Origin: Podarcis filfolensis
Lineage: Eukaryota
Direction: 5' to 3' (one strand)
NCBI GenBank assembly: GCA_964270895.1
Contig: OZ185440.1
DNA length: 64,000 bases
The position numbers were made by a program, and so were the translations under genes. Of this stretch, positions 57,901 through 64,000 are shown piece by piece. The notes under the pieces are model-generated. The model was not told the origin of the DNA, ran no database searches, and saw nothing but the letters and a program-made list of their open reading frames with translations. Positions within the stretch are counted from its first letter, which is position 1; each line of letters begins with the position of its first letter.

Positions 57901-60900
57901 CTGAGATGAGGCGGCCAAAGATCTTGCGCCTCACTTGCGGCACTTCAGCGTCTTCTGACGTGGAGCCGTAACGCCCACTCACTCCACTGAAGCTCCCACG
58001 GGTCTGAGGCGAGGATTGAATATCTATGAAAGAAAAGGGAGGCCCCAGTCACAGCCCCTCCCACAACCACCTGCAGGCCACCTGGCATATTAAAAAACGC
58101 AACTGGTATGTTCCACATAAGTTAATCTGCTTTGATATTTGGGAGTTGGGCAGAGTTTCACTGGGCTTGCAGAAAAATATCACTCAGCCTTCACTTTATG
58201 TACCTGATCTTAGTTCTCTGGGAAGTGGAGTTCCTGGTTTTTGGAGCAGCATATTCCTGATACTAGAGTTAGAAGCAAGGCATGAGAACAGGGCTGGGCT
58301 GGGTGGAGCCATGCAAACAGTGCACATCTTTGCACAGGACTCTGTGAGCAAAGTTACAAGACTTGGGCCTTTTTAGTTTAGAGAAAAGAGGAGCAAGAGG
58401 AGACACGAGAGGGGTGTATACAATTCTGAAAGGTGTGGGGAAACTGCATCGGGAAATGTTTTTCCTCCTACTCTCATGACACTAAGCAAGCACAGGAAAT
58501 AAAACCAAGGAGCTGACTCCTGTCACCTCCCCAAAGGCCAGTCATGTGGGAACAAGAGACTTTAAAAGCACGCACTTTCCTTCTCATTTTTCACTTCCCG
58601 GTGGAGGAAATCTTCAAAGCGTTTGCGCTGCCCTACGTAACTCATTGCCTTTCGGAACTTGCAGACAGTCCTGATGAAAGTACCAAGAATATTCCAGTAC
58701 CTTCTCTGTAGAAGAGAATAACGTTATGTACAGCCCATGGCAGTCACAGTAGTCTCTCGTAACAACAACAACAACAACAAGAAGAAGAACCTTAAAGACC
58801 AACAGATCGATTGCAGTCTGTTTCATCAGGTGCACAAAGCATTAGCCAAGGGTAATGTTAATATCAGGACAGATAGAATGCAGTGCCATGGAAAGCTCTG
58901 AAAAGGGACTGGACACATGTGGGCGAGGAGAGGGAGGGAAAGGAGCTGTGGAGTGCAGACTTCTGAAACTGGCAATGGGTATGTCCACAGTGCAGCAGTC
59001 CATGTGGATGTGCAGCTGTTAGCGTGGGGGTGTTCACATGACGTCTTCCCCATCCCACAGACGTTTTCCCACTTTAAATGCACATCCCCCCAAAATAATC
59101 CTGGCCATTTTGGAGTTTCCAAGGATCAACATGCACACACTCTGCAGTTAAAGGGAGAAGTGTCCAATAAAACACTGGGGGGTGCATCGTGTCCCTACAT
59201 TAATGGGGGGGGGCGGAAGGCAGGTGCAAATCCACATTTTGCTCTTCTGTGGACTAGTCAAATGTTAGATTTGCACAGGGCAAAAGGTGCTTGTGGGCTC
59301 TCTAGGGACTGCTGTTTGAGGAAGGAGTGAACACCCTCCGTACCACATGCAACCACAAGTCCCTTTGCACCTAAGATCTGGAGCTCCCCCAGCCCCATTT
59401 TCTCCATGATTGGAGCACATCCAGTTTTAGACACATGCATTTGATTCTGTTGACAGATCGAATCAAAAGCAACCTCCAGATTCAATGGTTCACCTCCAAA
59501 TATGTCTCAGTTTCGTAGCCAGTAACTCCAGGCCCAGCAATGAATGGGGTGAACATGGGGATGGATGAGATCAGGAAATTCCTTTTAGCAAATTGTGTCT
59601 TCTCCAACATGTAGTCAATGTTTCACTATCACAAACAATCAGCTTTGATTAGTTAACAGAATTCCCAGCATATTGTGAGCTGGGCAAAAGGACACAAGCC
59701 TTTAGACTGCCAGCTCAGGAGCTCACAAGTGTTTCACATCAAACATGGTCTGAATCTATGGCAGGGGGAGACACATCTAAATCCTGCTCCACATTCACCA
59801 CTCACCATCTTTTCTTTCATCAGGGAGCCCCTCCTTCCCCTCCCACCTGCGGTAATGGAAAGGTCACTTTCAGGATATAAGCCTTGATACATTTGGAACC
59901 TGCCAGGATGCAACAAAAAGGAGAGAGAGAGAGAGATAGGTGAGGCAGTTGCTTTGCTCCCCTTATAAGCATAGTCCTCCGTATTCCGCTCATCTGTTTA
60001 TCTCCATGGGATATTTAAAGTGCAGTCAAGCCAACAATTCATGTTTTGCTAGATAGGCACATGACAGAAGCCGAATTTCATAGAGTTTTCTTGTAAACTC
60101 TGTGAGAGACAGCCCCACTGTGCCCTGAGAGGGGGAGGGCAGAGCTATTATTTTCTCCTACCTGCCTGGACACACTCTTTCCATCTCTTTCTGCTCTGCC
60201 AGCAATGTGAGAACATCTGTCTGTCTGAGCTCCATTGCTCAGACTCCATTTTAAACTAGACTACAATATATCTTTGTAACTGGATTACCATTTTAAGCCT
60301 GCCTGAACAAAGCTGTTGTATCTGTTACTCTTCAACAAGTATTCAGAACGAGTAAATCTTATTTTTACCTTCTACAAGACTGTGTTGTGGTTATTTTAAG
60401 GGGGAGAAAAGAAAGAAAGGGGGGAAATGCCAGGAAAATCCAGTTTGCCTTGAAGCATCATGGATTACGTAAACTAAAAGACTAAAACTAGCCTATCTGA
60501 TCTTCCCTTATGGGAAGGAATGGCACTCTGCTGAACATCTAACTTAAATCCATCTTTAATTTTTTTAATTTGGTAATTTATATAGATTATATTATATATC
60601 AAATATAATCTATATTATATAGATTATATTTACTAAACTGCGGGAGGCAGTGGAAGACAGGAGTGCCTGGCGTGCTCTGGTCCATGGGGTCACGACTAAA
60701 CGACTGAACAACAACAATAGATTATATAAACTGGACACCACTGTTTGGAAAGGCAATACAGATGTAAACAAGAAATAAATAATGAATTTGATAAACCAAT
60801 GCACATGGTGATTCACAGAGTTGGATATGGGGAAGGGATGGTCCTTGGCCAAAGAAGCTTCAGCTTTAGCCCTGTTGTAATTGTTGGTGCAAAATACCTA

Positions 60901-63897
60901 TATAAGCAGGAGAACTCCTGGGTCCCAAGATCCAAGTTTGGGACAAGTATCTTTGGTGGGAGAACTCCAGCAGGTATCTAAAGTCACAAAATATGCAGCC
61001 AAGTAAAGTGTGGAAATACAGGCTGCTAGACATTTAAAATATGCCCTTTAAAGTGAGTTCCAAAATGTCCCCTTAAAAAGTCTCTTTCCAAAGTTTCCCT
61101 TTTCCCACAGCATAGGAAAAGACCATACATTTGGTAACTTAAAAAATGATTTACTTACAGTTCTCCAAAGGTCAGATTCATGTGCTTCAGAATAGTTACA
61201 AATGCAGAAAAACTTAGCTTAGTTTCCAAGTTGATGAAAGATTCTAAATTATTTGTACAGGAACTCAAGAGAGCCATGTGAGAGCCTTGCAGCTGAGCTG
61301 GAGCAACCAGCTCAAACCTCTTCACACGTTGAGCTTCTCAAGTAGACTGGGGGAGAACAAAGGCTTGATTACCTAGTTCTTCCCAAGGTGAGGGGAAGTG
61401 GACATAGCTAAGCCTGGCAGGACAGTTTACTCTATGGTATTAACCCCTTAATGTGTCAACTGAACTTAAACATATTGGTTATATGAGGCTGGTTATTCCA
61501 CAGTAATCACTACCACACTCCAGGCCATAAATGTGATGGAATCGTTCTGTTTTGATAATATTAGAACAGAACATTTCATTGCCAGCTGCCGCCTTGTCAG
61601 TTGTATCATTGCCCATTCCACTGTGCTGGTCATATTTGCGCCTCCTGTTTACTCACCATTTCTCTTCCAAGGCCTTCATGACAAAAAATTGTGCTGTGAC
61701 CAACATGGGAACAGTCACATTAGCTGCCCTTGGAATCTCTCTGATAATATCTGCATCACAATCCAACAGCTTTTCTGGGTGGGTAAAACAGAAAAAAAGG
61801 GGGGGGGGGACAGGAAGACATACTTTCCAAAAGAGTCTTCTATTTATTTTTGCCTTTGAGCAATACTGAGTAAACTTGGGCCAATACATTAAGATCATTA
61901 AGAAGTGGTAATTGATACAAAGAGGATGGCCACCTGTCTGTGTTTTCCAGCCAAAATTACCAGGAGAGCTTCACCACACATGTATGACAAAATGCTTTTT
62001 TTGAATGCTTGTTTGCTTTCTAAGCAGGGAATCTAATGCCCAAACTGAATTTTCACTCATGAAGACCTTCAGAGTGGCTTAATTTGAGGAGACAAAAATA
62101 ATCCGAGTTGGGGAGGGAGGGTCCTTCTGATTCGTTGGTCATTTTTGGAGCTGTTAGCAGCCTGGGCCCAATTTATTAGTGTTCCTTGCTTTTTCATTAT
62201 GTGATCCCAGCCAAGCAGGGACCACATCAGAAGCACGATGATGTCACAGGGAGGTTTATCTTGACAAGTGACATCGGAATGCACAATGGATCAAGCATTT
62301 GAGCAACACAGCTGCACCTGGAGCTGCATGCCAACGCTCGTTCCGATGCGTATTCAAGGGCGCATCTGAGCTGATGCTCCTGCTTCAAATCCACTTCCCT
62401 TTGCTGCTACATATAGTGCAGCAATCAGGGAGCATCAACCTGGACATCTCTTTGATCAAGGCTAGGGAGTTCCACAAACAAGGGCAGAGCCTAGCTGCTC
62501 CTTAGGTAGACCCTGGGCTGGCCTGACCTGAAAGTATTAAGCAGATGAGATCCAGAGGCACCAAGGAACTACCTGGGATAGGGGTGGTTGGCAGAGCCAT
62601 GCGGGGACCTGGGACAGGAATGCTGCCCTTGCTTCCTCCACCTGCAGCCTCAAGGGTCCTGGTGCACAGACCAGGAGTCTCCAAGGTGGGTAGGGCTGGT
62701 GCACAAGGCAGGTGGAAGCTCCTGTCATTGACAGGTCAGGGGAAGCTCACACACCTTGCAATTCAAGGGAGTATCTATAGCCTGCGAGTTGATGTGTTGG
62801 GTCTTGTGGGCGAGAGTGAGGTGCAATTGGAGCCTGGCTTGCATACCGGGTGGGATACTGTGGAAGAAGAAAGTCCTGACGCAGTCATTGACCTGAAGGC
62901 GCTGGATCCTGGGATTCCCCTCGTTTTTGAGTTCTTCCACGGCCATCCAGAAAAGGAGTGGGGCTTCAGCATTGTGCATCTTGAGAAACTGCCTGAAGTA
63001 ATCCAAGTGGATGGGGTTCTGCAGCACTTCTGAGAGCGCCCTATAATGGTAAGGAGACATTAGGCGCTGCTGAGGCCATCAGCTCTTTCACCTAAATCAC
63101 GTATTTTTGTACACAGGTCCCAGGTTGTGAATGATGATGGGAAATAGAGGCAGAGAGACCCTTCCCTGTCCTCCAAGACACTGAATCCTAAGAACTGTCA
63201 GCATTGCCTGAAGAACCCAACCCCAAAGGGACTTGCAAAATTCTGTTTAAGAAAATCTCCACTTCAATTTAAAATAATGCTCCTAAGTCTCAGGAAGGAC
63301 AGTGTGATGTAGTTCTCTTATCATTTCTTGTATACCACTCTCTCCTGGTTTAAACAGTCTTGCAGGTTTCTGAAGTGTTGCAATCTTTGCAGTGTAGCCC
63401 TTTGCATGTTTTCACAGAAATAAGTGCTGTTGTGCTCAAGGTGACATTATTCCATCCTGGATAAGTGTCTAAAGAACCACAGCCTTAAACCTCTCAAATC
63501 TATTTGACAAGAGAGGATGTCATGGAAAACGTGCAGACCATTGGCCTATACTGCACTCTGCCTCAACTCTCTGAGAAATATCTTGTCTGTTCTCAGTCTA
63601 TGAACAAACTGGAAGATGGTCTTGGTAGCCCAGAATGGGCAGTTAGTGGGGGCCAAACCAGACATGACATTGAAAGCATGAATTTGCAGGCAATAACAGC
63701 GTCCCCATAATGAACCTCTTGTCTGACTTGGCCCGGAGTGTTGGAGCTAAGTGGCAGGTTGTATCTCTAAGGCACGATGATGTCCTACCTGGGCCTCAGA
63801 GGGGGCTTTCTTGAGGCAGGCCCCTTCCTCATGAAGGACAAGCTTGATCGGGTCCAGTGGAGATTCCTTCTCATAGATAACGGACGACTGAACACGC
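48836..63897 (-). CDS. RGSL1: Regulator of G-protein signaling-like 1, 3' half (5' part beyond window; final exon unresolved)
   Basis: Ten phase-compatible exons: 63789-63897, 62847-63040, 61657-61774, 59806-59899, 58576-58705, 57855-58023, 55831-55969, 54577-54701, 53944-54059, 48836-48928. RGS domain plus motifs matching recalled human RGSL1 ([24 protein letters not shown]); synteny. Confidence 0.88.
48993..51587 (-). mobile_element. Full-length L1-derived ORF1-only (HAL1-like) retroelement, copy 2
   Basis: 19-bp TSD CCAGAGGATTCCCAATCTC at 48974-48992 and 51588-51606. It has a CpG-rich 5' end starting GGACTTCCGG, a disrupted ORF (14-nt deletion plus CAG>TAG), an ORF2 terminal remnant, AATAAA and an A tail. 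Confidence 0.88.
49092..49526. mobile_element. Solo LTR nested in the HAL1-like 3' UTR
   Basis: TGTCAGGG...ATTACA ends, 5-bp TSD AGACA (49087-49091, 49527-49531); absent from copy 1. Confidence 0.85.
51955..52000. repeat. (AAT/TAT)n microsatellite
   Basis: Direct reading. Confidence 0.9.
52770..52990 (+). mobile_element. RTE-clade LINE 3' fragment
   Basis: Encodes [23 protein letters not shown], resembling the C-terminal Cys/His motif of RTE ORFs. Confidence 0.7.
53034..53762 (-). mobile_element. CR1 LINE, 5'-truncated, uninterrupted ORF2 end
   Basis: EKDLGVLVD...[19 protein letters not shown]...[11 protein letters not shown]...FKQRLD; (ATTCTATG)n tail; possible TSD ATAATTA. Confidence 0.95.
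53944..54059 (-). CDS. RGSL1: RGSL1 exon ([14 protein letters not shown]...CYTG)
   Basis: ttgcag|A ... G|gtaagc. Confidence 0.85.
54577..54701 (-). CDS. RGSL1: RGSL1 exon (VNLTDAQ...[11 protein letters not shown])
   Basis: tccag|GTC ... AA|gtaagt. Confidence 0.88.
55831..55969 (-). CDS. RGSL1: RGSL1 exon (FFYLSDS...[12 protein letters not shown])
   Basis: ccgcag|G ... AGG|gtaaga. Confidence 0.9.
56450..57360 (+). mobile_element. Old CR1 fragment interrupted by a MITE (56882-57123)
   Basis: Degenerate KFADD and WQMQFN motifs. The TA-flanked CAGTGGTACCTCGG MITE is an inverted copy of 4587-4828. Confidence 0.75.
57855..58023 (-). CDS. RGSL1: RGSL1 exon (IQSSP...[25 protein letters not shown])
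   Basis: tcatag|AT ... AA|gtgagt. Confidence 0.9.
58576..58705 (-). CDS. RGSL1: RGSL1 exon ([17 protein letters not shown]...[14 protein letters not shown])
   Basis: ctacag|AGA ... A|gtgcgt. Confidence 0.88.
59806..59899 (-). CDS. RGSL1: RGSL1 exon ([10 protein letters not shown]...KEKM)
   Basis: ggcag|G ... ATG|gtgagt; the only candidate found that bridges the phase 2 to phase 0 gap. Confidence 0.8.
60629..60718 (+). mobile_element. BovB (RTE) 3' end fragment
   Basis: AAACTGCGGGAGGCAGTGGAAGACAGGAGTGCCTGGCGTGCTCTGGTCCATGGGGTCACG...(AAC)n tail. Confidence 0.85.
61657..61774 (-). CDS. RGSL1: RGSL1 exon ([14 protein letters not shown]...VMKALEEKW), RGS domain end
   Basis: cccag|AA ... TG|gtgagt. 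Confidence 0.9.
62847..63040 (-). CDS. RGSL1: RGSL1 exon, RGS domain ([20 protein letters not shown]...[10 protein letters not shown])
   Basis: ttatag|G ... G|gtatgc. Confidence 0.92.
63789..63897 (-). CDS. RGSL1: RGSL1 exon ([10 protein letters not shown]...KPPLRP)
   Basis: cccctgcag|GC ... AG|gtagga. Confidence 0.8.
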
Positions 63898-64000
63898 CTG
63901 CAGGGGAAAAGAAGCGCTGCCTCCTTACAATTAGCCACGGGAGGCGGTCTTCTGCAAGCCAGCGGTGCTCCACTCAAGACCACCACCACAGTGACCTCAT

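Noticed and set aside
58790-58835. CTGATGA on the minus strand next to an (AAC)n/ACCTTAAAGACCAAC repeat as a hammerhead ribozyme
   Set aside because: The GAAA core is replaced by GATC and stem II is poor; at most a decayed relic.
59475-59620. Minus-strand ...ETYLE followed by a gt as an RGSL1 exon
   Set aside because: In-frame stop at the acceptor and wrong phase; 59806-59899 bridges the gap.
60070-60537. Possible ERV-like LTR ending GCTGAACA
   Set aside because: Could not define a 5' end or TSD.
62299-62505. Minus-strand ALIKEMSRL peptide as the next RGSL1 exon
   Set aside because: Runs into a stop without a donor; the exon at 61657-61774 matches far better and fits phase.
1-64000. CRISPR arrays, rRNA, tRNA genes or prokaryotic operons
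   Set aside because: None seen; the DNA is vertebrate, and the only tRNA-like sequence is the Sauria SINE head.

Overview
Squamate (lizard) genomic DNA, inferred from Sauria SINEs, BovB and CR1 repeats. It carries three intron-containing genes in the order known from human 1q25.3: a complete RGS16 (+, 5 coding exons, 188 aa), a complete RNASEL (+, 6 coding exons, 710 aa, plus a putative CpG-island first exon), and the 3' half of a convergent RGSL1 (-, 10 phase-compatible exons). All exon boundaries were read by hand from splice sites and reading frame. The rest is dense in transposons (Tc1 remnant, many MITEs, CR1, L2, RTE, L1, solo LTRs). Two observations stand out. (1) There are two copies of a ~2.2 kb L1-derived element encoding only an ORF1-like protein joined to the last codons of ORF2 (half-L1/HAL1-like); one copy is full length with a 19-bp target-site duplication. 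(2) The first ~90 nt of that element are clearly homologous (about 71/97 columns by hand alignment) to the putative RNASEL first exon, with the homology ending at the RNASEL splice donor. This links an L1-type promoter to a gene whose human product restricts L1. Comparisons to human proteins are from memory and need verification.
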